NCBI GenBank assembly: GCA_965223335.1
Contig: OZ244991.1
Coordinates: forward strand, 1,440,001-1,504,000
Reading direction: 5' to 3'
Source of the DNA: Thermodesulfobacteriota bacterium
GTDB taxonomy: Bacteria; Desulfobacterota_D; UBA1144; Nemesobacterales; UBA2774
Length of the DNA stretch: 64,000 nt
Shown: piece after piece, positions 40,454 through 50,392 of the stretch
How positions within the stretch are numbered: the stretch's first letter is position 1
Layout of the letters: every line of letters begins with the position of its first letter
Position numbers and translations under genes: made by a program
Notes under the pieces: model-generated
What the model was told of the DNA's origin: nothing
The model's database searches: none
What the model saw: only the letters and a program-made list of their open reading frames with translations

Positions 40454-41503
40454 TTAAGGTATTGGTGTTTCATCGCTGATACCAGGAGTCCACCAAGAGT
40501 CCATTGATCCAGTGCCGTCTCCGTTGTTTAGTCCCAGGAATCCTACGAAATACATATTGACTAGATTAGGACCGCAAGCACCGGGTGTTCCGCCAAAATT
40601 GATGTCAAAACATCTGAACCCGTTAACAGGCATAAAAAGCCACCCTACATCCACACTATCGTTACAGATCCTGTTAACCTCGCCCTTAGAGTTGGGGTGG
40701 AAGTTATCAATGCCCTTATCAACGAGTGTAAGATCACATGCAAATGTTGTAGGGCTGCATGATGTTGGGCTCTCGAACTCATCAAATATGTGGATCTGGG
40801 GGGTTGGGTCTGTAACATCTCCGGTAACGTCACCAAATGTTACTTGGAGCAATGGGCTTGCTATTACACTGTCCAGGCTAGCACTCCTGTATACTAAGCC
40901 CACAACATCAGATAGGTTGGATCCGTCTACATTATTGAAATTAATGTCTGCGTAGTTCCACAGATTATCAGCCCCTTGGAAGCGTTGGTCTTCCCCTGCT
41001 GCGTTTGTTCTGTACTCAAAGTCACTGTCACCGTCAATAATCCTAAACATACCTATTAATGTGCTGTCCCTAATTGTCGTATCGGTTATGACTAATAAAC
41101 CATATCCTTCGTCGAGATCAGCGGCAGGAGCGGACATGCCTACCGCACCTAAACCGTCAGCATCGTTATTCGACACTAAGTTGCTGAGATCGTATACATG
41201 GGTATCCCCGGGTGTATATCTATCGTTAAAATTTGTTTCTTCACATACTACCGCAGGTGATGTGACGTTAAAGATTTGGACATGTACATCAATTGTAAAC
41301 TGTGATGTATTAGTAAGTTGCGCAAGAGTCTGGCGTGCCATACGCATGTCCCAGAAATAAACCACTCTGTATGTTGCCTGGTCTGTCTGGTCTATGGGGT
41401 CAAGGTTCAGAGATGGAGGCCCTGCTATGGATACCGTCGGGATTGCAAGCATAAAAGCTATAACAACTAAGCAAATTGCTCTTGAGAATGTAGTTTTAAT
41501 CAT
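40454..41503 (-). CDS. Secreted protein paralogous to the N-domain of the downstream gene
   Basis: Signal peptide; QLTNT..VHVQI..C.E.NF.D.YTPGDTHVYDL shared with 38438..40399; AAGGAGG RBS. Confidence 0.75.
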   Translation of the reverse strand: MIKTTFSRAICLVVIAFMLAIPTVSIAGPPSLNLDPIDQTDQATYRVVYFWDMRMARQTLAQLTNTSQFTIDVHVQIFNVTSPAVVCEETNFNDRYTPGDTHVYDLSNLVSNNDADGLGAVGMSAPAADLDEGYGLLVITDTTIRDSTLIGMFRIIDGDSDFEYRTNAAGEDQRFQGADNLWNYADINFNNVDGSNLSDVVGLVYRSASLDSVIASPLLQVTFGDVTGDVTDPTPQIHIFDEFESPTSCSPTTFACDLTLVDKGIDNFHPNSKGEVNRICNDSVDVGWLFMPVNGFRCFDINFGGTPGACGPNLVNMYFVGFLGLNNGDGTGSMDSWWTPGISDETPIP

Positions 41504-41741
41504 TCGTATTTCCTCCTTAAGGAATTAATCACAAAAAAGTTTGTTAATCTTGGTTTGATCTAATACACATTATTATTAAATAGCATATTACAATAAAATA
41601 AGTGTAATTGGAAGCTTAAATCAATCCGTTAAGTAGGGTTGCGAGAGTTAGTTGCTTGGGGATTTTGTACAAATTGGGTGGCAATAAAATGATCTAATCA
41701 GGATGCAAAAAGCGGTTCGACCTTCCGGTTGCCGAGTTGCT

Positions 41742-42206
41742 TTAGTTTAACTGGTTAGAAATTTGGTTGTAGTGGTAGTGGATACTCCACTTTATATCTT
41801 CCTCTAGAGCAAATACAGGCTCTATCTCGTACCCAGTGATGAATTTTAGGTTATCCATTAGTTCGTTATTAAGGGGGTCCCCGGTAGCAATGACCAGTGT
41901 TTTTCTTGATCCTACGGACTTTAATGCAATGGGAATAACATTGTATTTCTCTGCCGTTTTTTTATCAAGCAGCATCAGAGTATCATCCTCTATATTAAAT
42001 TTAAATAAATTAACACCTGAAACCCCAATCTGCTTGCCTAGCGAGTTTAGAAGGATATCTTCGTCAATGTATTGCAGGTCGAGCAATATCTTGCCGATTT
42101 TTTGGAATTGAAACTTTTCCCTTTTGAGATCGAGGGCGTACTCTAACTGTTCTTGGTTGATATAACCGTTCTCGATCAAGAGCTCGCCCAGGAGTTTTTT
42201 GCCCAC
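41742..42206 (-). CDS. Stand-alone MshEN/GSPII_N domain protein (possible c-di-GMP receptor)
   Basis: LLGELLIENGYINQEQLEYAL..KIGKILLDLQYI; no ATPase domain. Confidence 0.75.
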   Translation of the reverse strand: MGKKLLGELLIENGYINQEQLEYALDLKREKFQFQKIGKILLDLQYIDEDILLNSLGKQIGVSGVNLFKFNIEDDTLMLLDKKTAEKYNVIPIALKSVGSRKTLVIATGDPLNNELMDNLKFITGYEIEPVFALEEDIKWSIHYHYNQISNQLN

Positions 42207-42410
42207 TTGTTTTTTTAAGCTCCTATTCCTCTATATGTTATATAATATTACAAAATTGAGCAAAAATAAACCGGACAAAAGTAGGAATTTTTTACATCAT
42301 ATCGCCCAATGTGAACGCCTACATTAATACTTTAGTATTATGCCTAACACTAGCTATAAGATGGTAAAACGATTGACATGATGAATGCCCGTTAGTTAGA
42401 TTCTCTGTAT

Positions 42411-42956
42411 ATGGCAGATTCCCGCAAGACCAGACTTAAACAAATTCTCGTAGAGCAGTCCATCCTCAGGGGCGATTTCACCTTAGCATCCGGGAAAAAA
42501 AGCACTTACTATATAGACGCTAGAAAGACTACACTACACCCCGAAGGACTCAGTTTAATAGCCGATTTACTCCTAGGCGAGGTTAAAACCTTGCTCCCGG
42601 TAGATGCCGTTGGGGGACCTACTCTTGGAGCTGATCCGATCATCGGTGCAATGGTCGGCATGGCGCACGAGAGGGGGCTTGCCCTCGGGGGATTTATAGT
42701 GAGGAAGCAGGAGAAAACACACGGTACGGGGAAGCTGATCGAGGGCAATTTAGGGGAGGGTGATCAGGTTGTGATGGTGGAGGATGTGGTTACGTCGGGG
42801 GGGTCGGTCCTTAAGGCGATCGATGCTGTGAGTGCTCTGGGTGTGACTGTGAAAAAGCTATTGGTGGTTGTGGACAGGGAAGAGGGGGCCGAGATCAAGT
42901 TTCAAGAGATAGGTATACCGTTTTATTCAATATTTAAAATAAGCGACCTTCTATAG
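42411..42956 (+). CDS. pyrE: Orotate phosphoribosyltransferase
   Basis: FTLASGKKS.YYID, RKQEKTHG, VEDVVTSGGS. Confidence 0.95.
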   Translation: MADSRKTRLKQILVEQSILRGDFTLASGKKSTYYIDARKTTLHPEGLSLIADLLLGEVKTLLPVDAVGGPTLGADPIIGAMVGMAHERGLALGGFIVRKQEKTHGTGKLIEGNLGEGDQVVMVEDVVTSGGSVLKAIDAVSALGVTVKKLLVVVDREEGAEIKFQEIGIPFYSIFKISDLL

Positions 42957-42962
42957 ATTGGT

Positions 42963-44363
42963 CTAAGTGTTTAGTGTAACCCCGTTTGTTGGTACCGTGA
43001 TGTCGTATTCCTCCAGTTTCCTCCTGAGCGTAAGGCGGTTTATACCCAGCACTCTTGCGGCTTTTGACCTGTTCCCCCCACATGCCTCGAGTGCCTCTTT
43101 TAGCAATATGGTTTCAGTTTCTTTCACTAGCTTATTATAAATATTCCCCTGCTCGCCATATTGGATCATCTCTTTTGCCGTGTGACGCAGAACGCTTGGC
43201 AAATTGGTCGGATTATTATCATTATATGCAAACGCGCTCTTATCTATGTCGATATCATAGGATGTAAGGTAGGGGGTTTTAGCGAATGTGATGGCTTTTC
43301 TGATCTTATTTTCGAGTTCTCTCACGTTGCCTGGCCAATCATAATCCAAGAGTCTGTTGATAAACTCTCTTGTGGCTCCCTTGATGTCTTTGCCCATACC
43401 TTTGCTGTGGCGGTTAGTGAAACATTCCATCAACAGAGGTATGTCCTCGCGACGGTCTTTAAGCGCAGGTAGGTGGATCTTGACCACATTAAGCCTAAAG
43501 TACAGGTCTTCTCTAAACCTCCCGGACTCGACCAGTTGTTCCAGGTCCTTATTTGTAGCTGTGATAATCCTTATGTCTACGGTGATTTCTTTGTTGCTGC
43601 CCAGTCGATGGAACGTCCCGCTCTGAAGCACCCTAAGCACCTTTGCCTGGAGCGATAGCGGCATGTCCCCGATCTCATCCAAAAATATTATGCCCCCCTC
43701 GGCCTCTTCGAATTTTCCTATCCTCGGTGTGGCCGCGCCCGTAAATGCCCCCTTCTCGTATCCGAACAACTCGGCTTCCAAAAGGGTCTCGGGAATAGCG
43801 GCACAGTTAAGCACCACAAAGGGTTTTTCCCACCTTGTACTCACCTTCCATATGGACTCGGCTACAAGCTCTTTCCCCGTACCGCTAGCACCGGTGATCA
43901 CCACGGGGACATCCACTTGGCCCACCTGGCCTACAAGCTTGCATACATCCTGGAGCATGGGGGAGTCGCCCACTATGGCACATGTGACGTTGGTTCTGAC
44001 GGTATCACCCGAAAACATCACTAGATCATGGGAGATCTCGTCTAGAATCCCGAGTGCTCTTTGAACCGAATCTTTCAGATTGGAGTTCTCAAATGGCTTC
44101 ACAATACAGTCGAAGGCCCCGAATGTGGTGGATTCGATTAGATACCGTGCACCCTTTTCCTCGGTTATCGTGATCACTATGTTGTTGTCTTTTAGTTTGC
44201 CGAGCGGGGCGGTGCCCTTGGTATCCAGGTCGAGTATAACTACGTTTTGATCCTCTGTGTTCTCGGCATTCTCAAACTCCACAACCTCTATCGACTCAAG
44301 GGAGTTTTCAATTCTTTTTCCTAACTCTTTATCTTCCGTGTATAGTAAAACACTCCGTGTCAT
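42963..44363 (-). CDS. Sigma54 enhancer-binding protein with a shortened, divergent receiver domain
   Basis: [33 protein letters not shown]; no adjacent kinase. Confidence 0.88.
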   Translation of the reverse strand: MTRSVLLYTEDKELGKRIENSLESIEVVEFENAENTEDQNVVILDLDTKGTAPLGKLKDNNIVITITEEKGARYLIESTTFGAFDCIVKPFENSNLKDSVQRALGILDEISHDLVMFSGDTVRTNVTCAIVGDSPMLQDVCKLVGQVGQVDVPVVITGASGTGKELVAESIWKVSTRWEKPFVVLNCAAIPETLLEAELFGYEKGAFTGAATPRIGKFEEAEGGIIFLDEIGDMPLSLQAKVLRVLQSGTFHRLGSNKEITVDIRIITATNKDLEQLVESGRFREDLYFRLNVVKIHLPALKDRREDIPLLMECFTNRHSKGMGKDIKGATREFINRLLDYDWPGNVRELENKIRKAITFAKTPYLTSYDIDIDKSAFAYNDNNPTNLPSVLRHTAKEMIQYGEQGNIYNKLVKETETILLKEALEACGGNRSKAARVLGINRLTLRRKLEEYDITVPTNGVTLNT

Positions 44364-44475
44364 CTGTTACCTACCCTAAAATATGTAACAAAAATATACA
44401 GACTGGTTACAAACGAATCAAGCTTGGATTTTTTGTGGAGTTATAAACCCTTTTATTCACATGACTATTTATTGA

Positions 44476-44491
44476 TGGCATATTTTTTGCA
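44476..44491 (+). promoter_or_regulatory. Sigma54 promoter of the PiT/cysH operon
   Basis: TGGCAT-ATTTT-TTGCA; upstream TGTTAC/GTAACA and TGTAAC/GTTACA inverted repeats at 44365-44411. Confidence 0.75.
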
Positions 44492-44548
44492 TCATTATGA
44501 TCCAATTTTTATCAAATATATATAAATTATGATTTTTGATGTGTCGAG

Positions 44549-45562
44549 ATGGATTTAATATTACCCATATCTATAGCTCTAGCTGCTTTCCTTGCGCTTA
44601 ACATAGGTGCCAATAACTCTGCTGCTTCGATGGCGACAGCCTATGGCGCGGGTGTTAGGACTAAGCGCGAAGCTACCATAATAATTGCAGTATTTGCGCT
44701 GCTGGGTGCCATAATTGCGGGTGCCCCTGTTGTAAACACCCTGGGCAAGGGACTGGTCCCGGGAGAGATCCTGTCCCAACATGTGGGGCTTGTGCTCGTA
44801 ATATTTTTTATAGCAATTGTCTTCGTGTCGTGGGCAAATGTAGCTAGGGTGCCTATCGCGACTACCCATGCGATAGTGTGTGCCATTGCAGGGGTGGGAC
44901 TATATGCAAAATCACTCCATACCGATAAATTTATAGAGATATTGATCTGGTGGGTAAGCGCTCCGCTGGTGGCTTGGGTTATAAATTTTCTTGTGGCAAA
45001 GTACCTGTATTTTAGGACTCTTAAGTATCTTACTGACCGTTATGACGAGCAGGTTATAAACAGGGTTCTTACAGTGCTTATTACGATTTCGGGGACCTTC
45101 TTGGCGTTCTCGGCGGGTGCCAACAACTCGGCAAATGCGGTGGGGCCTTTGGTGGGGCTTGGGCTCATCAATTCATTTTCTGGAGCCGTACTGGCCGGGA
45201 TAGCCATGGCCATCGGAGCTGTTCTTTTAGGGGGCAGGGTGCTCGAGACTGTGGGTAAGGAGATCACAGAGATATGTGTGCTTAGGGCGGTATCAGTTGA
45301 ATTCACGGGTGCGGGGCTTATATTGGCTGCATCTATTTTCGGCATACCGGTCTCTATAGCAGAGATAGTGACATCGGGTATAATAGGTTTTTCTTGCGCT
45401 CAGCAGGGTTTTGGTGAGACGGCTAAGAACCGCCATGTGGTACGGATTGCGTTTTTCTGGCTCATTATACCTATAGTTGCCATTGGAATGGGGTATTTTC
45501 TATCGTCACTGTATTTTGATTACGGTGTGTCAGCGTTTGTAAATAGGAGTATTAATTTTTAG
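44549..45562 (+). CDS. PiT-family anion permease (probable CysP-like sulfate permease)
   Basis: Two GANN signature repeats, PIATTH; adjacent to cysH. Confidence 0.8.
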   Translation: MDLILPISIALAAFLALNIGANNSAASMATAYGAGVRTKREATIIIAVFALLGAIIAGAPVVNTLGKGLVPGEILSQHVGLVLVIFFIAIVFVSWANVARVPIATTHAIVCAIAGVGLYAKSLHTDKFIEILIWWVSAPLVAWVINFLVAKYLYFRTLKYLTDRYDEQVINRVLTVLITISGTFLAFSAGANNSANAVGPLVGLGLINSFSGAVLAGIAMAIGAVLLGGRVLETVGKEITEICVLRAVSVEFTGAGLILAASIFGIPVSIAEIVTSGIIGFSCAQQGFGETAKNRHVVRIAFFWLIIPIVAIGMGYFLSSLYFDYGVSAFVNRSINF

Positions 45563-45632
45563 TTTTCCACCGATTCCACGAGAGTATAAGAGAATCTGAA
45601 CACAGTTTTTATAATCGGAGCTAATACTGGGA

Positions 45633-46364
45633 ATGTATATACAAGGAACTGTAGATCGATTGAACCGCGATTTTAGCCATGCTACTCCCCAAGAGGTTCT
45701 AAAGTGGGCAATAGACGAGCTGCATCCTAATATAGCGCTTGCGTCGAGCTTTCAGGCCCAAGGTGTGGTGTTGATTGATATGCTGGTCAAGCTTAACCCC
45801 GAGGCTAGGGTGTTTAGCATCGATACGGGCCGCATGCATCAGGAAACCTACGATGTAATGGACGCTATACGATCCAGATACAATATCGATATCGAGGTCC
45901 TTTTCCCTGATCGCATCGAGGTCGAGGAGATGGTTAAAAGCAAGGGCATGAACCTGTTCTACAAAGGCAAGCAGCAGCGTTTTTTATGTTGTGAGATACG
46001 TAAGGTAAAACCTCTTAAAAGGTTCCTTGGGAACCTGGATGGTTGGATCACATCTATTCGCAAGGAACAGACCGAAAACCGCTCACACTCTGAGAAATTT
46101 GAGATCGATACGATCCACGGGGGCATTTTGAAAGTTAACCCTATTTTGGATTGGAAAGAAGAGCAGGTCTGGGATTACATAAGAGAGCACGACGTGCCCT
46201 ATAACAAACTGCATGATATGGGATACCCTAGTATTGGATGTATGCCGTGCACCAGGGCAGTCGAGCCCGGTGAGGACCCGCGTTCGGGCAGATGGTGGTG
46301 GGAGCAGGACTCTGACAAGGAATGCGGTATACACGTTGAGCATATCCCCCCTCCGAGCTCATAA
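45633..46364 (+). CDS. cysH: APS/PAPS reductase, Fe-S type
   Basis: IDTG, CCEIRKV, SIGCMPCT, RSGRW, ECGIH. Confidence 0.93.
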   Translation: MYIQGTVDRLNRDFSHATPQEVLKWAIDELHPNIALASSFQAQGVVLIDMLVKLNPEARVFSIDTGRMHQETYDVMDAIRSRYNIDIEVLFPDRIEVEEMVKSKGMNLFYKGKQQRFLCCEIRKVKPLKRFLGNLDGWITSIRKEQTENRSHSEKFEIDTIHGGILKVNPILDWKEEQVWDYIREHDVPYNKLHDMGYPSIGCMPCTRAVEPGEDPRSGRWWWEQDSDKECGIHVEHIPPPSS

Positions 46365-46455
46365 ACATCTGAGTTGTATTCAACATTAATTAGTTTACAT
46401 TGTATATAATAACTATCCGTTAAGGGGATATTTACTTATTCCTGTTGGAGGGCTT

Positions 46456-47136
46456 ATGTTCGCAGACCAAAGAAATTATAGTTATCCAATTACCATATAT
46501 ATGCTCGTGTTTTCGATGTTGATCGCAGCCGGGTGTCAGACGGCCTATTACGGGGCCATGGAGTCCCTCGGGTATCACAAAAGGCAGTTGCTGGTAGATA
46601 GGGTAGAGGACGCACGTGAGAGCCAGGAGGAGGCAAAGGAACAGTTCCGCTCGGCACTCGATACGTTTAGTGAGGTTGTGGGGTTTGAGGGAGGGAGTCT
46701 GCAGAAGAAATATGAGAGCCTCAATTCTGAGCTCGAGGACAGTGAGGCCAGGGCAAAAGAGGTGAGGGACAGGATAGATTCGGTAGAGAATGTTGCAGAG
46801 GCATTGTTCGATGAGTGGGAAGATGAACTCGGTCAGTATAGTGACGAGAAACTGCGAAGGGCAAGCCGCGAGAAACTCGATGAAACAAGGGTTAGCTACC
46901 AGAAATTAATAAGCGCCATGAAAAGGGCAGAGAAAAAGATGAAACCGGTATTGTCAGTGTTTAGAGACCAGGTGCTGTTTTTAAAGCATAACCTAAACGC
47001 ACAGGCAATTGCGTCGCTACAGGGGGAGCTTGTCTCTGTCGAGACCAACGTTGAGGCTCTTATAAGAGACATGGAAGAGTCTATAAAAGAGGCCGATATA
47101 TTCCTTAGCAATATGCAGGGCCAGCCGCAATCATAA
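46456..47136 (+). CDS. DUF2959-like coiled-coil lipoprotein
   Basis: AAG-C lipobox, YYGAMESLGYHKR, DQVLFLKHNLNAQAI. Confidence 0.8.
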   Translation: MFADQRNYSYPITIYMLVFSMLIAAGCQTAYYGAMESLGYHKRQLLVDRVEDARESQEEAKEQFRSALDTFSEVVGFEGGSLQKKYESLNSELEDSEARAKEVRDRIDSVENVAEALFDEWEDELGQYSDEKLRRASREKLDETRVSYQKLISAMKRAEKKMKPVLSVFRDQVLFLKHNLNAQAIASLQGELVSVETNVEALIRDMEESIKEADIFLSNMQGQPQS

Positions 47137-47202
47137 CGCCCCGAATACACTTTAAATATTTTAGCTTGTTGTATTAGGGAAAGATCGTTGACAGCCGATT
47201 AA

Positions 47203-47658
47203 CTATTGGATGTTATCATCGGCTATTTCATCAAATGTAACCGGCAATGGCGAGGCGTGATGGACAACCATTTTCCACCCCTCGTCGGTTTTCTCAAAGA
47301 TGTTGGTAGATGTAGAGATATTCATGCTCACTGGGTCTCTCATGATATATTTAAGCTCTTGCACACAGGTTACCCATGCTGCATTACCCTTTATATCGAC
47401 GGATAAATTATGAAGCTTGATCTCGAGGCGGTCCTCGGGGTCAAACACATTTTCCCAGCTCTGCCTTATCGCTTCCCACCCCTGGAGCATTATCCATCCC
47501 GGATGCACGCATCCCGCTCTTTGATCCTTTATCCATATAGTGCCCATCAGATCAAGATCCCTTGAGCCCAGTGCGCGGTAAAATGTGTTGTTGATACGCA
47601 TGATCTGCTCTTTGTCCGATATCGATGATCCGCTCTCAGTAGGTTTATTCACTGACAT
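47203..47658 (-). CDS. SnoaL/NTF2-like protein
   Basis: NNTFYRAL..DLDLM..CVHPGW..GWEAIRQSW..TNIF..WKMVVHHAS; start uncertain. Confidence 0.8.
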   Translation of the reverse strand: MSVNKPTESGSSISDKEQIMRINNTFYRALGSRDLDLMGTIWIKDQRAGCVHPGWIMLQGWEAIRQSWENVFDPEDRLEIKLHNLSVDIKGNAAWVTCVQELKYIMRDPVSMNISTSTNIFEKTDEGWKMVVHHASPLPVTFDEIADDNIQ

Positions 47659-47802
47659 AGTAGTTTTCGTATGTAATTTCAAGCTTTTGCGATCGAAATA
47701 TAGTGATCGCTTTTTATCCAAACTGTTTTATCACTTTAGTTGTACTCAATTGTATATCCATAACAACATCTACACCAGGAGCGTTTTAGAGGGAAGGGGT
47801 GG

Positions 47803-48708
47803 TTATCCGTCGTAGAGTGCGAGGTATGTGAGCACAGGTCTGGGGGAGTGTCCGGTTTCAGCTGGGGTAATAACTCGATCGGGGGCTATGAACTCAACCT
47901 CATATCCGTTTCTAATCAGTTCAACAATTGTTTTCGCCAGTCTGCTTATCTGATGTTCTAATTCGCTCTTGTTTTCATTTGGTTGAAACTCGATCCGTAC
48001 ACCCTGAGTTTCGTTATCTTCCATCTCCTTAATAATATGTGTACCGGTTTTTGCGGTTGCTTTCCAGTGTATGTATTTGGGGTTGTCGCCGTCTACGTAT
48101 TGGCGCAGTGTCCTGATGTTATCCCCTGTACCGGTTCTATTGCTCTCAATATCGCCTAATTTTTCGTTATACGATGAGGTCGTGTCGCGGCCCTCCTCGA
48201 GTTTCGGATAGACTAGGACTTCGTCTTTACCGAGATCTATCTTTATCCATTTTTTGAAGAATCCAAAGGGGAACCGTGTCGAGAGAATTGCTTCGGGCAC
48301 TGTGTTTATACCGCGTTTATTATAAAAAGCCTCTACATCGAGGGGTTTGGGTTTGTTGGGTGGCAGGTATGTTAAGTAGCCTTTTTTCTCAGCCATCTCG
48401 ACCGTAAGCGAGTACGAGGGAATAAAGGCCTTATCGTTAGTGAGCATGAACCTGTGTTTGGCGGGGGTAAGCGCAAACACATCACCTGTGGAGTGAAGTT
48501 CTACATTAATCCTCGAGAGATTAATCATAGAGACTATTCCCGAGGCGATGACAAAGCTTAGCATCATGCCGAATGTGAGGTAGAGGAGGTTATTGCCGGT
48601 ATTTATTGCGGCGAAACCTACGAATAGGCTTAGTGCCAGAAAGATTAGGCCTTCTTTCGTAGGGCTTGTCCTTGCCCAGTTATCTTTACCCAGTCTAAGT
48701 AAGCTCAT
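47803..48708 (-). CDS. DUF58-domain membrane protein
   Basis: AAINTGNNLLY, TRFPFGFF, LVYP, LRQY..GD..IHWKATAK; start uncertain. Confidence 0.85.
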   Translation of the reverse strand: MSLLRLGKDNWARTSPTKEGLIFLALSLFVGFAAINTGNNLLYLTFGMMLSFVIASGIVSMINLSRINVELHSTGDVFALTPAKHRFMLTNDKAFIPSYSLTVEMAEKKGYLTYLPPNKPKPLDVEAFYNKRGINTVPEAILSTRFPFGFFKKWIKIDLGKDEVLVYPKLEEGRDTTSSYNEKLGDIESNRTGTGDNIRTLRQYVDGDNPKYIHWKATAKTGTHIIKEMEDNETQGVRIEFQPNENKSELEHQISRLAKTIVELIRNGYEVEFIAPDRVITPAETGHSPRPVLTYLALYDG

Positions 48709-48781
48709 ATAGCATTTCGGGCAGAGGTGCAAAAACCTGCACTGTCTAGATAATATTATAATGCTTATTTTGCCGGTGCGT

Positions 48782-50383
48782 TTACCTAAAGACTTCCACA
48801 ACACGGCTAAGCGAGCTCATAATATCACCCTTTACCCTGGAGATGTCGTTGTAGATGGCCAAAAACATGATGAAGATCAGCACCGTAAGCCCTATCCTCT
48901 GGCTAATCTCCATAGTCCTTTGACTGAGAGGCTTTTTCTTTATCGACTCTAGTGTGAGGTAGAGGACATGACCGCCGTCCAGCATTGGTATCGGGAACAG
49001 GTTGATAATGGCCAGGTTTATACTTATAAAAGAAGTGAACTTAAGGAGTTGAGCTATTCCCCCCGCCGCAGCGCTGCCCGAGATCTTGGCTATAAGAATC
49101 GGGCCTGCAAGGCTCTTGCCAGCGGTCCCAAGCGCAATCTTACCTGTAACCAGTTTAAAGAGGAAGCCAAACAGCAAGACGGTGACCTCGATTATCATAT
49201 TGGCCGCCTCTATAATACCCTTTATTATGGACTCGAAGAACCCGTATTTCTTAACAATCTCTTCCGTAAAGGGTTCGATTCCGATCATCCCCTTACCTGT
49301 ATCGGCCGAGACTTGAGGTGTGATTTTAACCTCTTGCTCCACACCCCCTCTATTTACTATCATCAATATTTCGGTATCGGCGTTCTCCTTTATAATTGAA
49401 GACATATGCTGCCAGTCCCTTATGGCTGTATCGTTTATTTTTAGAATTTTATCGCCCTCTATAAGCCCGGCTGCTTCTGCGGGTGTCCCTGACATTGTGG
49501 CCCCTACTTTGGCATCCATCACCTCACCCAGTCCGATCGTTACTATGCCCTGCTCGGTCGCTTTGGTTTTCACCTGGAGCTCCATGGGGTTGCCGTCTCT
49601 TATAACACCAACGTTTATAAGCACATCGGGGTTTGTTTGTATCTCGAGAGTAACATCGCGCCAGTTATTTACCTTTTTGTTGTTGATATGTGTGATCAGG
49701 TCCCCTTTCAAAAATCCCGCAGCCGCAGCCTCTGTCTCGGACCCGATTATCCCGACCACGGGTTCTTTCTCCAGATACGCGGGCACATTTATGCCGATCA
49801 TAAAAACCAGCGGCAGGAATATAAACGGCAGTAAAAAGTTCATCATAGGTCCCGCTATTACTATGAGCAGTCTATGGAATATGGATTGGTTGGAGAACCC
49901 GCGGGGGTACTCTTTCTCGGAATAAATATCTCCGCCGGTAAAATCCTCTGGGGTGCTGTCTATAGTGATCTTCTTGTCGTCCCTCTCTATCTCAACCGGG
50001 TAGGTTTCTTCAGGGGTGCTTTGCAATTTGAATAGAAGCTTTTTCCATGTGGGGTATGACTTTAGGTCTACATTGCCTATTTTTGTGATACGGTCCCCCG
50101 ATTTAAAACCGGATTTATCGGCCCTCGTATCCGACTCAACACCGTCTATGATAAAATTGCCCTCTGTGCCCTCCCCGTACATCTTTACGTAGCCGCCTAG
50201 GGGCAGCATACAGACTAAGTATTCAGTCTCGCCGCGAGTGAAGCCAAACAGTTTTTTACCGAAGCCAAGCGAGAATTTCTCTACCCTCACCCCGCTCCAC
50301 TTTGCCAGCATAAAGTGTCCGAGTTCGTGAATGAACACCAAAATACCGATTACAAAAATAAATGCGATTATTGCTAATATCAT
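48782..50383 (-). CDS. rseP: RIP metalloprotease RseP
   Basis: HELGH, PLGGYV, AGP, NLFPIPMLDGG; PDZ domains. Confidence 0.95.
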   Translation of the reverse strand: MILAIIAFIFVIGILVFIHELGHFMLAKWSGVRVEKFSLGFGKKLFGFTRGETEYLVCMLPLGGYVKMYGEGTEGNFIIDGVESDTRADKSGFKSGDRITKIGNVDLKSYPTWKKLLFKLQSTPEETYPVEIERDDKKITIDSTPEDFTGGDIYSEKEYPRGFSNQSIFHRLLIVIAGPMMNFLLPFIFLPLVFMIGINVPAYLEKEPVVGIIGSETEAAAAGFLKGDLITHINNKKVNNWRDVTLEIQTNPDVLINVGVIRDGNPMELQVKTKATEQGIVTIGLGEVMDAKVGATMSGTPAEAAGLIEGDKILKINDTAIRDWQHMSSIIKENADTEILMIVNRGGVEQEVKITPQVSADTGKGMIGIEPFTEEIVKKYGFFESIIKGIIEAANMIIEVTVLLFGFLFKLVTGKIALGTAGKSLAGPILIAKISGSAAAGGIAQLLKFTSFISINLAIINLFPIPMLDGGHVLYLTLESIKKKPLSQRTMEISQRIGLTVLIFIMFLAIYNDISRVKGDIMSSLSRVVEVFR

Positions 50384-50392
50384 TGAATTCTC

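Noticed and set aside
38221..41503. Genomic island integrated at tRNA-Ala
   Set aside because: No duplicated tRNA 3' end or adjacent integrase found by eye
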